Of a DNA stretch of 64,000 bases, positions 43,275 through 56,040 are shown one piece after another (position 1 is the stretch's first letter; each line of letters opens with the position of its first letter). Under the pieces are notes generated by a model. That model was not told where the DNA came from and made no database searches. It was given only the letters and a program-made list of their open reading frames with translations. Source of the DNA: the human T2T-CHM13v2.0 reference genome, Homo sapiens; NCBI RefSeq assembly GCF_009914755.1, contig NC_060945.1; one strand, written 5' to 3'. The position numbers were made by a program, and so were the translations under genes.

Positions 43275-45039
43275 TTATTAAAATTTTATATAGCAGACAT
43301 TTTTGCTTGTGGAGGGTGTTTGGTTGACAAAGATGACCTGCAAACTAATTGTTAGCTCTGTTCTTGTAAAGTATTTGCATTGCTTTTTCTACTTCTAAAA
43401 GAGGCAAATATTTATGCTTTCTCATAATTCATGGTAAGTGGGTCTTTCTGCTCTTTCCCAAATCATCAGTGATGACACAGAAAATAATCACATCACCCCC
43501 ATACTGTCCATCAGCTTTTGAAAATTTGGCATACCTAAATTTTATTTATTGAAAATATAGATTTAGCAATTATTATAATGTCTAGCTTTACATAGTAAGC
43601 CTTTTCCAGATTTTGTTATATTTAACATTATAATTTTAACGTCTAAATAAGATTTTACTAATTTTATGTTCTTGTTTCTATATTCTTATATTTTAAAAAG
43701 AGTAGTAATGTACAAATTTGAACTAATTTTTTTTTTTGCACTTTATTTAGGATAAATCTGTAGGAGAAGTTGTATTTGGTTTAAAGTATGAACACAGTTA
43801 TAGCTCATTTTTAAATAACTTTTTTTAGTCAGATGGGAATATATCCATTTACATTACTATGTGCAGTTTTAGATGTATTTGGAAAATACCAAACACTGAA
43901 ATAGACAGTTCTAATTTTCCCTGTATGACATTTTTTCTAAATAAAAGTGTGTATGAAAATTGGTTTTAATATCAATTTAAATATCATTCTAAATTGCTGA
44001 GTGGACCAAGTGAATCATTTAGAATGGAAATAATCCTAAATTCTTAAGATATGCTGCATATTTTCTTTTTTCTTCATAGATTTGCTGTTTGCAAGTTAAA
44101 GTTAAATAAAAGATAAAATCATGTCGAGGGAGTTTAGGCATGAACAAATTATAACTAAGTGTATTTATAATATTTCACCTTTTCCCAGAGGTGGTCGGAG
44201 CAAATGAGGAATGGTTTCTAATTAATTGGGTTGTGGATTTATCTATTTACAAATAGGAATTTAAGCTAATACTTAACGCTGCAGGTGCAGTAGCATAATT
44301 GTAACACTCAGCCAAATGATCACTTGGACAAAAGAAGGACAGCTTTGACCATCAGTTTCTGCAGCTGATAGAGTAGAGCCCTGCCATTTAATCCCCAGCT
44401 GGGCTTATTATAGAAAAATCACAGCAATGATTTTGTTAGTCTTCTATTAAGAGAGTGTTTATGGTTCAAATAATTTGCAGAATGTAATACATGTGCTTGA
44501 AACTTGCTAAAGAATTGGTTAGCACTTTTTGGGGTGGATTTCTATGTTAAAATTTGAAGGGATTTGGCCTGCAGTATATCAGGCATATACTTATGTGACA
44601 AATGCTGCATCCTTCATGAGGCATGTAAGTAATTGGAGTAATATGACAATTTTGGGGTTTTTAAAAAATTCATCAAAATAGTCTTAGCCAGAGCAATCAG
44701 ACAAGAGAAAGAAATAAAGGGCATCCAAATCAGTAAACAAGAAGTAAAACTGTCACTGTTTGCTGATGACCTGATTATATAACCAGAAAATCCTAGACTC
44801 ATCCAAAAAAGATCCTAGAACTGATAAATGAGTTCAGTAAAGTTTCAGGATACAAATAACATACACAAATCAGTAGTGCTATACCCCAACAGCGAACACG
44901 CTAAGGACCAACTCAAGAACCCAACCCATTTTACAATAGCTGCAAAAATAAAAAATAAAATACTTAGGAATATACTTAACTAAGGAAGTGAAAGACCTCT
45001 TCAAGGAAGACTCCCAAATGCTGCTGAAAGAAATCATAG

Positions 45040-45462
45040 ATGACACAAACAAATGGAAACACATCCCATGCTCAGGGATCATAGCATTTTCACAATCTGT
45101 ATTGTGAAAATGACGATACTGCCAAAGGCAATCTACAAATTCAGTGCAATTCCCATCCAAATACCAAAATCATTGTTCAAAGAACTAGAAAAAACAATCC
45201 TAAAATTCATATGAAACCATTAAAGAGCCTGCATAGCCAAAGCAAGACTAAATGACACAAACAAATGGAAACACATCCCATGCTCAGGGATCATCGCATT
45301 TTCACAATCTGTATTGTGAAAATGACCATACTGCCAAAGGCAATCTACAAATTCAGTGCAATTCCCATCCAAATACCAAAATCATTGTTCAAAGAACTAG
45401 AAAAAACAATCCTAAAATTCATATGAAACCATTAAAGAGCCTGCATAGCCAAAGCAAGACTA
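45040..45462 (+). repeat. 212-bp tandem duplication, 2 internal mismatches
   Basis: 45040-45251 vs 45252-45462 differ only at 45083/45295 (a/c) and 45115/45327 (g/c). Confidence 0.97.
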
Positions 45463-45879
45463 GCAAAGAGAGCAAATCTGGAGGCGTTGCATTACCTGAT
45501 TTCAAACTCTACTGTAAGGCCATAGTCATCAAAGCAGCATGGTACTGGTACAAAAATAGGCATATGGACCAATGGAACAGAATAGAGAACCCAGAAGTAA
45601 AGCCAAATACTTAGAGACAATTGATCTTCAACAAAGCAAACAAAAACATCAAGTCGGGGAAAAACACCCTTTTTGACAAATGGTGCAGGGATAATTAGCA
45701 AACCACATGTAGAAGAATGAAACAGGATCAACGTCTCTCACCTTATACAAAAATCAACTGAAGATGCATCACAGACTTTAAAAACTGAAACCATAACAAT
45801 TCTAGAAGTAAACATTGAAAAAAAAACCCTTCTAGACATTTGCTTAGGCAAAGACTTCATGACAAAGAATGCAAAAGCA

Positions 45880-46179
45880 GGCTGGCCACAGTGGCTCATG
45901 CTTGTAATCCCAGCACTTTGGGAAACCAAGGTGGGCAGATCACCTAAGATCAGAAGTTTGAGACCAGTCTGACTAATATGGTGAAACCATGTCTGTACTA
46001 AAAATACAAAAGTTAGCCAGGCTGTGGTGGCATGTGCCTATAATCCCAGCTACTCAGAAGGCTGAGGCGAGAGAATCACTTGAACCCAGGAGGTGGAGGA
46101 TGCAGTGAGCCAAGATTGTGCCACTGCACTCCAGCCTGGGTGACAGAGGGAGATCCTTTCTCTAAATAAATAAATAAAA
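45880..46179 (+). mobile_element. AluS (Sx-like) nested in L1PB
   Basis: Full dimer, (TAAA)n tail, TSD core caaaagca. Confidence 0.95.
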
Positions 46180-46405
46180 CCCAAAAGCAAATGCAACAAA
46201 AACAAAGATAAATAGATGGGACTTAATTAAACTAAAAAGCTTTTGTACAGCAAAATAAATAATCAGCAGAGAAAACAGACATTCCACAGAGTAGGAGAAA
46301 ATCTTTGTAATCTATACATTGGACAAATAACTAATATGCAGAATCTACAAGGAACTCAAACAAATCAGCAAGGACAAAACAAACAAACCCATCAAAGTTG
46401 GGCTA

Positions 46406-47611
46406 TGTATCTCTTCCTTACGCCTTATATAAAAATTAACTCAAGTTGGATTAAAGACTAAAACGTAAGACCTAAAACCATAAAAGCCCTAGAAGAAAAA
46501 CTAGGCAATACCATCCAGGACATAGGGATGGGCAAAGACTTCATGACTAAAACACCAAAAGCAGTGGCAACAAAAGTCAAAATAGACAAATGGGATCTAA
46601 TTAAACTAAAGAGCTTCTGCACAGCAAAAGAAAATATCAGAATTAACAGGCAACCTACAGAATGGGAGAAAATTTTTGCAATTGATCCATCTGACAAAAG
46701 GCTACTATCCAGAATTTACAAAGAACTTAAACACATTTACAAGAAAAAAAACAACCCCATCAAAAAATGAGCAAAGGATATGAACAGAACTTCTCAAAAG
46801 AAGACATTTATGCAGCTAACAAACTTATGAAAACATGCTCATCCTCACTGGTCACTAGAGAAATGCAAATCAAAACCACATTGAGATACCATCTCATGCC
46901 AGTTAGAATGGTGATCTTTAGAAAGGAAACAACAGATGCTGGAGAGGATGTGGAGAAATAGGAACAGTTTTACACTGTTGGTGGGCGTGTAAATTAGTCC
47001 AATTATTGTGGAAGACAGTGTGGCGATTCCTCAAAGATCTAGAACCAGAATTACCATTTGACCCAGCAATCCCATTACTGGGTATACACCCAAAGGATTA
47101 TAAGTCATTCTACTATAAAGACACATGCACAGGTATGTTTATTAAAGCACTGTTCACTATAGCAGTCTTGGAACCATCCCAAATGCCCATCAATGGTAGA
47201 CTGGATAATGGAAATGTGGCACATATACACCATGGAATACTATGCAGCCATAAAAAAGGGTGAGTTCATGTCCTTTACAGGGCCATGGATGAAACTGGAA
47301 ACTGTCATTCTCAGCAAAGTAACACTAGAAGAGAAAACCAAACACCGCATATTCTCACTCATAAGTGGGAGTTGAACAATGAGAACACATGGACACAGGG
47401 AGAGGAACATCACACACTGGGGCCTGTCGGGGGGTGGGGGGCTGGGGGAGGATAGCATTAGAAGAAATACCTAATGTAAATGATGAATTGATGGGTGTAT
47501 CAAACCAACATGGCACATGTATACCTATGTAACCTGCACATTGTGCACATGTACACCTATGTAACCTGCACATTGTGCACATGTACCCTAGAACTTAAAG
47601 TATAATAAAAA
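46406..47611 (+). mobile_element. 5'-truncated L1PA (PA7/8-like) nested in L1PB
   Basis: Broken ORF2 C-terminal ORFs ([35 protein letters not shown]...; [25 protein letters not shown]); TSD aaagttgggcta 46394-46405 / aaagttttggcta 47612-47624. Confidence 0.93.
47523..47586 (+). repeat. Perfect 32-bp tandem duplication in the L1PA 3' UTR
   Basis: acctatgtaacctgcacattgtgcacatgtac x2. Confidence 0.95.
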
Positions 47612-48076
47612 AAAGTTTTGGCTAGGGACATGAATAGACAATTCTCAAAAGAAGATGTAAAATGGCTAACAAACATATTTTTAAAAAGTCCAGCATCACT
47701 AATTATCAGGGAAATGCAAATCAAACCCACAATGTGATACCACCTCACTCCTTCAAGAATGGCCATAATCAAAAAATCAAAAAAGAATAGATGTTGTCTT
47801 AGATGTGGTGAAAAGGAAACACTTTCACACTGTTGGTGGGAATGTAAACTAGTACAACCACTATGGAAAACACTGTGGCCATTTCTTAAAGAACTGAAAG
47901 TAGATCTACCATTTGATATAGCAGTCTCACTCCTGGGTATCTACCCAGAGGAAAAGTCATTATACGAAAAAGATATTTGCCCAGGCATGTTTATAGCAGT
48001 ACATTTCTCAGTTGTAAAAATATGGAACCATCCCAAATGCCCATCATTCAACGAGTAGATAAAGAAAATGTGGTAT

Positions 48077-48078
<2 letters not shown>

Positions 48079-48110
<32 letters not shown>
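48079..48110 (+). repeat. (GT)16 microsatellite
   Basis: Directly visible. Confidence 0.95.
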
Positions 48111-48112
<2 letters not shown>

Positions 48113-48445
48113 ATATGTATCTCAGATGTATGAGAAATTATTCCTTTATCTTAACAAAAATTATTGTGTATTATTTGTATGTGCAGTTTTCAACTAATGA
48201 GAAACAATTCTGTATAAAGGAAAAAATGTGACACTTGGATGTAGAAAACTTGCTTTTATTCACCTTCAGTTTTACCACTTAAGAAACTGTTGTAAACTGA
48301 TTCATGTTTCTTGAATGAAACTCCAACATTCAAAGAAATTTTTGACTGAAGCTTCTAAAATAATAAATACTTTTGTGAAATAACATTAAAAAGTTGGTTT
48401 CATTTCATGTCTTTTTATGTTTTCAGAGATCATGAGACTGAAGTA

Positions 48446-48930
48446 TTTTTTTATTTTTCTAATGTTACTTTTAATTGACAAATAATAATTGTACATATTC
48501 ATGGGATACATAATGATGTTTCAATCCAAATAATGTATAGTGATCAGGTCAGGATAATTAGCCTATCTGTCTTTCAAATACTTATCAGTTCCTCATGTTG
48601 GGAACATTCAATATCCCTCTAGCTATTTGGGACTGCATAATATATTACTGTTAACTGTAGTCATCCTATAGTGGTTTAAACATTAGCTATCATTCTTCCT
48701 ATGTTGCTATAATTTTAGGTCTTATAACAAATTTCTCCCTATCCTTGCCTTCTCCCTACCCTTTCCACCTCCAGTATCCTCTGTTCTAATGGTCACTTCT
48801 GTGAGATCAACCATTTTTAGCTTCCACATATGAGTCTGATCATGCAGTGTTTAATTTTCTGTTCCTGGCTTATTTCACTAGACATAATGTCCTCCAGTTC
48901 TATCTATGTGGCTGCAAATTTCAGAATATC
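48446..48930 (-). mobile_element. L1MA4/5-like 3' end
   Basis: tttaattgacaaataataattgtacatattcatggg...gtgatcaggtcaggataattagc...ttcctggcttatttcacta. Confidence 0.85.
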
Positions 48931-49149
48931 TTCTAAATATAAAAATTTTATTTAAAAGTAATATGTTTTCCTGGCAAATCTTTTACACAGAATTTGAGAG
49001 GTTTTTTTGCTGCACTTTTATGCTGCAAATTATGTTCAATATAATATAATGAACTTTTATATTTTATAATTAATTAATTCAAAATTGTCCCATATCTTTG
49101 GGTGATTTTTTTGGACAGGTGCAATTTTTATGAATAAAATAAATGGCAT

Positions 49150-52100
49150 CCAAACATAAGATGAATGTTTTAACAAATGTAGTCATCTATGTAACTAGCA
49201 CTTCAGTCACCATATGACATGTTCTATTACTTCAGAAAGTTTCCTTCTGCAGGCTTAAAACCAGCTATCCTATAATCATCATATATACTACATTATCATC
49301 TGTATCTTTTGTCCGTTCTTCAACTTCAAATAAATAGAATCATACTATATAAACCCTTTAGTTTTGGATTCTGTTTTGGCATATGTTTTTGATGTGTATC
49401 CATTAGTGTAGTTTGTTTTTTTGCTGAGTAATACCCCCCTGTGTAAATGTGTCACAATTTAGACATCTAGTCTTCCACTTAAGCATATTTAGATTGTTTC
49501 CAGTTTTCAGCTTTTATGACTAAATCTTCTAAAATTGTTTTTCCCTAAATGTGTATTTTAATTTGTCTCAGGAGTAGAATTTCTGAGTCATAAAGCGGTC
49601 ATATGTATAAATTTTAGGTGCCTCATAGCTCTTCAAATAGTCATCCCATTTTATACATCCAGGCAATATATGAGAGTTCTTGGTGCTCCACATCTTAGCT
49701 AGGATTTGATGTCAACCAGTCTCTTTAATTTAGATATTCTAGTACATACAAAATAATACCTCAGTGTAACCTCTGTTTGTATTTCCCTTGATTAACTGAT
49801 GCTGAGCACATCTTCATGTGCTTATTGACCATTAATTAGTCTTATTTGTTAAATGTCTCAAATATTTTATACAGTTTTACATTGTGTTATTCATTTTTTA
49901 AAAAATTCATTTTAGGTTATATGTATGTGTGTGTCAAAGTGTGTGTACATCTATTTGATATATGTATGTCTATATATTCTGGATACCATCTCTGTTTCAT
50001 GCATTGCATATATATTTGCCTATTTAGTGGTTTATCTTTTCATTTTCTTTTGGTATCTTTTCATTAGAAATGTTATTTATTTTGAGTAAGTAACATTTAA
50101 TATATTCTGTAACATTTAATGTATCATTTTATGTTATGTTTAGTATTAAATTTCTGAAAACATTCTATGTATTCTACTAGAATTGTCATAATTTTATCTT
50201 TTATATACATTGATATTTTTATGTCAAATATGTAGGTATGTGATATTATGCACATGGTTTTAATTCAGTTAATTGTTCTTCCAGATGTTTGTACCATTCC
50301 AACATCATTTAAATCATTAAATGAAAAGCCTTTCCTTACTAGCTAGCCAGCTTTGAAAATCCATTCATAGGGTTTGTGTTAATATATTTTTGTTCTTTTT
50401 TTTCCTTTCTACTGATCTCTTTATATTAATACCTACTGTGGCTTTATATGAAGTCATGGAATAATACGTAGTAAGCCCTCTAACACTGTTCTGTTACTGT
50501 TGTTATTGTTTTCTCAGGGTACTTTGAAATATTCGAGATTTTATTATTTTTTAGTAGCCTAGATTTCAAGATTGTTTTGACGATCAATTTTTGAATCAAT
50601 TGTCAATATTTTTAGTAATAAAATGATGATTTTTGATTGGAAATACATTAAATCTATAAGCCAAATTGGAGATTATTGATATATTAACAAAAATGAGTTT
50701 TCCAGTCCATGAATGTATGCACATTATAAAATTCATTCTTAAGTATGTCATTTTTTAAGTTTTAGTTTCAGCAGTATATGTTTGTTACATAGGTAAACTC
50801 CTGTCATGGGGGTTAGTTGTACAGGTTATTTTATCATCCAGGCATAAAGCCCAGTACCCAGTAGTTATCTTTTCTGCTCCTCTCCCTCCTGTCACCCTCC
50901 ACTCTCAAGTAGACCCCAGTTTCTGTTGTTCTCTTCTTTGCATTAATGACTTCTCATCATTTAGATTGCACTTGTAAGTGAGAACAGGACGTATGTGGTT
51001 TTCTACTCCTGTGTTAGTTTGCTAAGGATAACCACCTCCATCTCCATCCATGTTCCCACAAAAGACATGATCTCCTTTTTTATGGCTGCATATTATTCCA
51101 TGGTATATATGTACCACATTTTCTTTATCCAATCTGTCATTGATGGACATTTAGGTTGTTTCCACATCATTGCCGTTGTAAATACTGCTGCAGTGAATAT
51201 TCGTGTGTATGTCTTTATGGTAGAATGATTTATATTCCTCTGGGTATATTTCCAAGTAATGGGATGGTTGGGTCAAATGGTAATTCTGCTTTTAGCTTTT
51301 TGAGGAATTGCCATATTGTCTTTCACAACGGTTGAACTAATTTATACTCCCAAGAGTGTATAAGTTGTTCCTTTTTCTCTGCAACCTCGACATCACCTGT
51401 TATTTATGACTTTTATATAATAGCCATTCTGCTGGTCTGAGATGGTATCTCATTATGATTTTGATTTGCATTTCTCTAATGCTCAGTGATATTGAGCTTG
51501 GCTGCATATATGTCTTCTTTTAAAAATATCTGTTCATGTCCTTTGCCTAATTTATAACGGGGTTGTTTGTTTTTCTCTTGTAAATTTGTTTAAGTTCCTT
51601 ATAGATTCTAGGTATTAAACCTTTTTTCAGAGGCGTGGCTTGCAAATATTTTCTCCCATTCTATAGGTTGTCTGTTTATTCTGTTGATAGTTTCCCTTGC
51701 TGTGCAGAAGCTCTTAACTTTAATTAGATCCGACTTGTCAATTTTTGCTTTGGTCGCAATTGCTTTTGATGTTATTGTCGTGAAATCTTTGCTAGTTCTT
51801 AGGTCCAGGATGATATTGCCCAAGTTGTCTTCCAGGGCTTTTATAATTTTGGATTTTACATTTAAGTCTTAATATATTTATTAAATTTGTTAGGGTTTCA
51901 GGATACAAGGACAATATAGCAGCAAACAATGTAAAAGTAAAATCTGAAAAATAATAGAAAACAGTTTAATTGAACACTTTACCATTATGTAATGCCCTTC
52001 TTTGTCTTTCCTGATCTTTGTTGGTTTGAAGTTCAAAAAAGACAAACTTAATGGTACAATAGGTATTGTAGATTTCAGGACTTTCTGTATAAAATATTTT

Positions 52101-53400
52101 GTATATATGAATAGATCATTTTTTATTTCCAGTCTTTAAACATTTTCTTAACATTTTCTTCTATTGCTTCACTTCACTCGCTAGGACCATCAGGACAGTG
52201 TTGAACAGAAATTGTCAGACTGATCATCACAACTTTTTCTAGATTTTAGAAGGAAATTTTTCTTTATTTCAACATAAAGCAGCATGTTAATGCCAAGTTT
52301 TAATATGTGTTATCAGATTGAAATTTTTTTGTATATTTCTACATTACCAAGAATTTTTAGCAAGAGTTTTTGTTGAGTTTTAATTTAAAAATCATTTGTT
52401 AATTTCATCTGATTTTTTTATTTCTCTTTTTACCTTAAGAGATTAAACTGACTACAGATTGAATATAAACAAACAAACAAACAAACAAAAACTCTAAAAT
52501 GCTGTGGATCAACACCACTTAGTAATTTGTATACTTGGATTCAATTTGCTGAAATTTTGTTAGACATTTTTGCGTCGATATTTATGAGGGATGTTGATCT
52601 GTAAAAGTATTAAAATGCCTTTGACAGATTTTGATAGCAGTGTTATTCTGGCCTAATAAATCAAACTGAGGTATGATCCTTCCTTTTCTATTTCTTAATA
52701 GCATTTTTAAAATTGGTGGTTTTTTCCTTCCTTAGTGAAATTTACCAGCAAAGTAACAGGCCTTATATTTCTCTTGTGGAAATATTTTAATTTCAAATTA
52801 ATGGTATTTTGTTCTTGTAGGGTGGTAATTTTCTCTGTGTTTGGTCTTAATGGACTCTTAGCTGATCACCCAGTTACTCAGCGAGGTCTCTTCACTCTGG
52901 AAGAGCTGGAACTCCAGTGTGTTTTAGTGCAGCATGACCACGGGTATTACCGTTCAACATTTAGGCTTTATCAGTGATAACTATTTGTCCTCATGGAGTT
53001 TTTGCCGCTGGGCCTACACAGTTTAGGCTTCAGCTTAGAACACATAATGAATTCTTATGCAGATTTCTGCCCACCTTTGACCTTTCATGATTTCCTCTTC
53101 TTGGGTAAGCTGCCTTATTAATCTGATACACTTCAGCAGTCCAGAACTACACTCTTTCCCTTCTCTGCTCTTGGAGATGACTCTTTTGTCTGAGATTCAC
53201 TTTGCTGTGCTGAAAAAGAAAAGTGCTTCAAGGAAGATACCAAGGAAAATCACAGGGCTCATTTATGTATTTCTCTTCTTTCAAGGACTACAGCTTTGTG
53301 TTGCCTATGTTCAATTTCTGAAAATAATTAGAGCATATATACTCTGTGTGAGAAGGCAAATCCAGACAGTTAGTTTGTATGACTAGAAGCAGAAGTCTAC
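49150..53400 (-). mobile_element. Old L1ME-like element, fragmented, with nested L1PA
   Basis: Degenerate L1M 3' UTR/ORF2 (catttagattgtttccagttttcagc...; atttcccttgattaactgatgctgagcacatcttcatgtgcttattgacc) and an L1ME-type 5' end (...gaagcagaagtc). Confidence 0.65.
50751..51870 (-). mobile_element. L1PA13-16-like 5'-truncated element
   Basis: tttgttacataggtaaactcctgtcatggggg...cttttctgctcctctccctcctgtcaccctccac; ORF 51608..51823 (-) is an ORF2 fragment ([26 protein letters not shown]). Confidence 0.9.
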
Positions 53401-53783
53401 ATGGAGAATTTTACTTAACTGTGTTATAGTTTCTTTAATTATTTCAAGAGTATGTTTAATGTTCCACAGATCTCATTCTATAAATCTTTATCATCTTAGA
53501 GCTCTGATACTATTTAGAATTACTATTCCTTCAAATAAGAGATTAGAAACAGGGTTATATTTGGGGTAGGTTGACTTACTTTTCTGGGAACCAAAGCATA
53601 TTAAATTGACCAGTTTTAACACACTTCTATGTATGCACAAAGATATATATTTACATTCTGCAAAATCATTCTTTCCTTTTTGAATTTGAAAAGGATCTTT
53701 GGTATACAGATATTCAATAGCCAGCCTGAAGATTCATTTGAATTCATTTAATGTTTAGATTCACTACATGAAATGATCCAGAA

Positions 53784-54035
53784 GAGAGTACTCAAATATA
53801 AGTATCTATAACGATGGAAATATACATCTCCACTGCCCAAGATGGTAGTCATGAGTCAATATTGATCATGTGAGACGTGGCAAGTGTTACTCAGGGTCTC
53901 AATATTTAAATGTATTAAGCTTTAATTAATGTAAATTTGAATTTAGCAAAACATGTATAGCTTGTGGTTACTGTTTTATTCAGTGCCAATATAGAACATT
54001 TCCATGATTACAGAAAGTTATCTTAGAATACTCAG
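53784..54035. mobile_element. MER3/MER33-like hAT-Charlie MITE
   Basis: gatggaaatatacatctccactgcccaagatggtagtca...ttaattaatgtaaatttgaa...gtggttactgttttattcagtgc and the inverted end atatagaacatttccatgattacagaaagtt. Confidence 0.7.
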
Positions 54036-54637
54036 TTCTGGACTATTTTATCTGGCTAAATTAAATGTTAAAATATTACAAATTCATCTTCAGGCTGGCT
54101 GTTGAATATTTTTATAGCAAAAGTCATTTATAAATTTAAAACTCAAATAATTATCTTTTTCAATATGTAAAATATGTCTTTACATATTCTACTCCCTTCT
54201 TACATACATATTCTGATGTAACATAGGTATTCTCTTATTCATGCACACTGAAATGACAACATAAATAATTTTACTAAGTGTCACCATATAAAAAACTTTG
54301 AACAAAATCAGATTATATCACTGTGGATATTTCTATTTTGAACTAACTTAGATGATAATTTTAATCTATATCCTAGATGAACTTTAAATCAATAAAATCT
54401 CTCAATGGTGTTATAAATCTCAAGCCATTAGCCACTGATTATCCCATTTTTATTCTTTTCATATTAATTTTATTGCCATGTATGAATGCTGTAGCATCCA
54501 TGTTTAAATACTAGATAACAAAATGCACTGGCATCAGATACAATAAGGATGAAATGAGATATAATTAGGACTCTGGTAACACACATAAAATTGGAAAGAT
54601 ACCCTGAAATTCAAGCCAAGAAGATATTTATCCAGCT

Positions 54638-54926
54638 TATTTTATTTTGAGACAGAGTCTTGCTCTCTCACTCAGGCTGGAGTGCAGTGGACCATTCTAG
54701 GCTCGCTCCAACCTCTGTCTCCCAAATTGAAGTAATTCTCGTGCCTCAATCTCCCGAGTAGCTGGGATTACAGGCATGTGTCACCAAGCCTGGCTGATTT
54801 TTGTAGTTTTAGTAGAGACGGGGTTTCACCATGATGGCCAGGCTGGTCTTGAACTCCTGGCCTCAAGTGACTGGAACACCTCGGCCTCCTAAAGTGCTGG
54901 GATTACAGACGAGAGCCACTGAACAG
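54638..54926 (-). mobile_element. AluS/J-type element
   Basis: Full degenerate dimer (gagacagagtcttgctc...gaactcctggcctcaagtga...gtgctgggattacag). Confidence 0.93.
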
Positions 54927-55904
54927 CTTTGATCCAACTTATTTGGATGAATGAGTTACATATTTTACATTAAATCTGTTATTGTGATAATTCTTCATGT
55001 TATTTTCCATGTATAGATTTATATATAATGTAATTTTAATTTTTTTTCACCGGAGAGTATAAACAACAATTATTTTATAAACAGGATAATAAAAATAAGA
55101 CAAAAATTGTTGAAATGTCTTCATTTGACTACTAACTTTTTACATGTTTGTTACTTTGAAGCTGTTATCAATACTTGTGATGTATTACAATTAAGTAAAG
55201 ATTTAAAGATGCCATTTTTAACTTATTATGACACAAAGTCTATAAATTCTTATATTTTGAGATTTGTATTTAAATAACTTGTGAAATTTAATTTTAAAAT
55301 AAAATTTCTTCTATGGATTGGTCTTCAATCGAGGCATAAAAAGGAATATAACAGTGTGGCACTATAACTTCTATATTGAATTTCTATATTATTTAACACA
55401 ATTATAATTTTGCTAATGAATTGTAATGTTTTTAAAAAGCTAGGTGAATTTTATTAAATTCATTACATGGCGATAACACAGAGAAAACATTTTGGGGATT
55501 CTTTTAAAATGGTATGTACAAAAGCTTAAAAGTTGTTATGTAGTGGCAGAGATAAAAAAGTAAAACAAAAAAAAGCTTAAAAGTTTGCTTTACTATTTAT
55601 AGGCTCATAAGTGTAAGTGTGCCAGAAAATGAAAAAGAAAGGAGAGAAATTATAAATAACTGTGTGGAAAACACAGATAAAGCATAAAGATAGAATATAA
55701 AGATAGAAGCATTTTAATATGAGGCAGTGATGGCTTTTTGAAGAATCCCAACTAAGGACCTACTTTTAGTTAATAAATAATATGTTTCTAATCCCTATAT
55801 TGTCCACAGCAACCTTTTTAGGACATGGAGCAGTGACTATGAGTGCCAGAAGGCAAGAGTAGAAGCAATTGTAAAATCATGAACACTAGTTTGTAAAATC
55901 CTCA

Positions 55905-56040
55905 CTGAGATATAATATCTGTTTGCCTCTACCTTAGAATTATTAATGTCTTGAGGGCTGGGACTATGTCTGTTTCCCTCATACACAGCACTAATCCTGG
56001 ATGGTCAGTCTAGATGCTTAAGAAATATCTGTTGAATTGA
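55905..56040 (+). mobile_element. L2 3' terminus fragment
   Basis: cttgagggctgggactatgtctg...gatgcttaagaaatatctgttgaattga. Confidence 0.6.

Larger units (their letters stand above)
44675..48078 (+). mobile_element. L1PB-like LINE-1 (ORF2 RT to 3' region) with nested Alu, nested L1PA and a 212-bp duplication
   Basis: gccagagcaatcagacaagagaaagaaataaagggcatcc...tttgctgatgac (FADD motif); L1PB motifs aaagaactgaaagtagatctaccatttgat. Confidence 0.9.

Noticed and set aside
45252-48058. Cluster of plus-strand ORFs resembling a reverse-transcriptase protein C-terminus
   Set aside because: Frameshifted, stop-interrupted L1PB/L1PA ORF2 remnants with no ORF1 or promoter; not an active element
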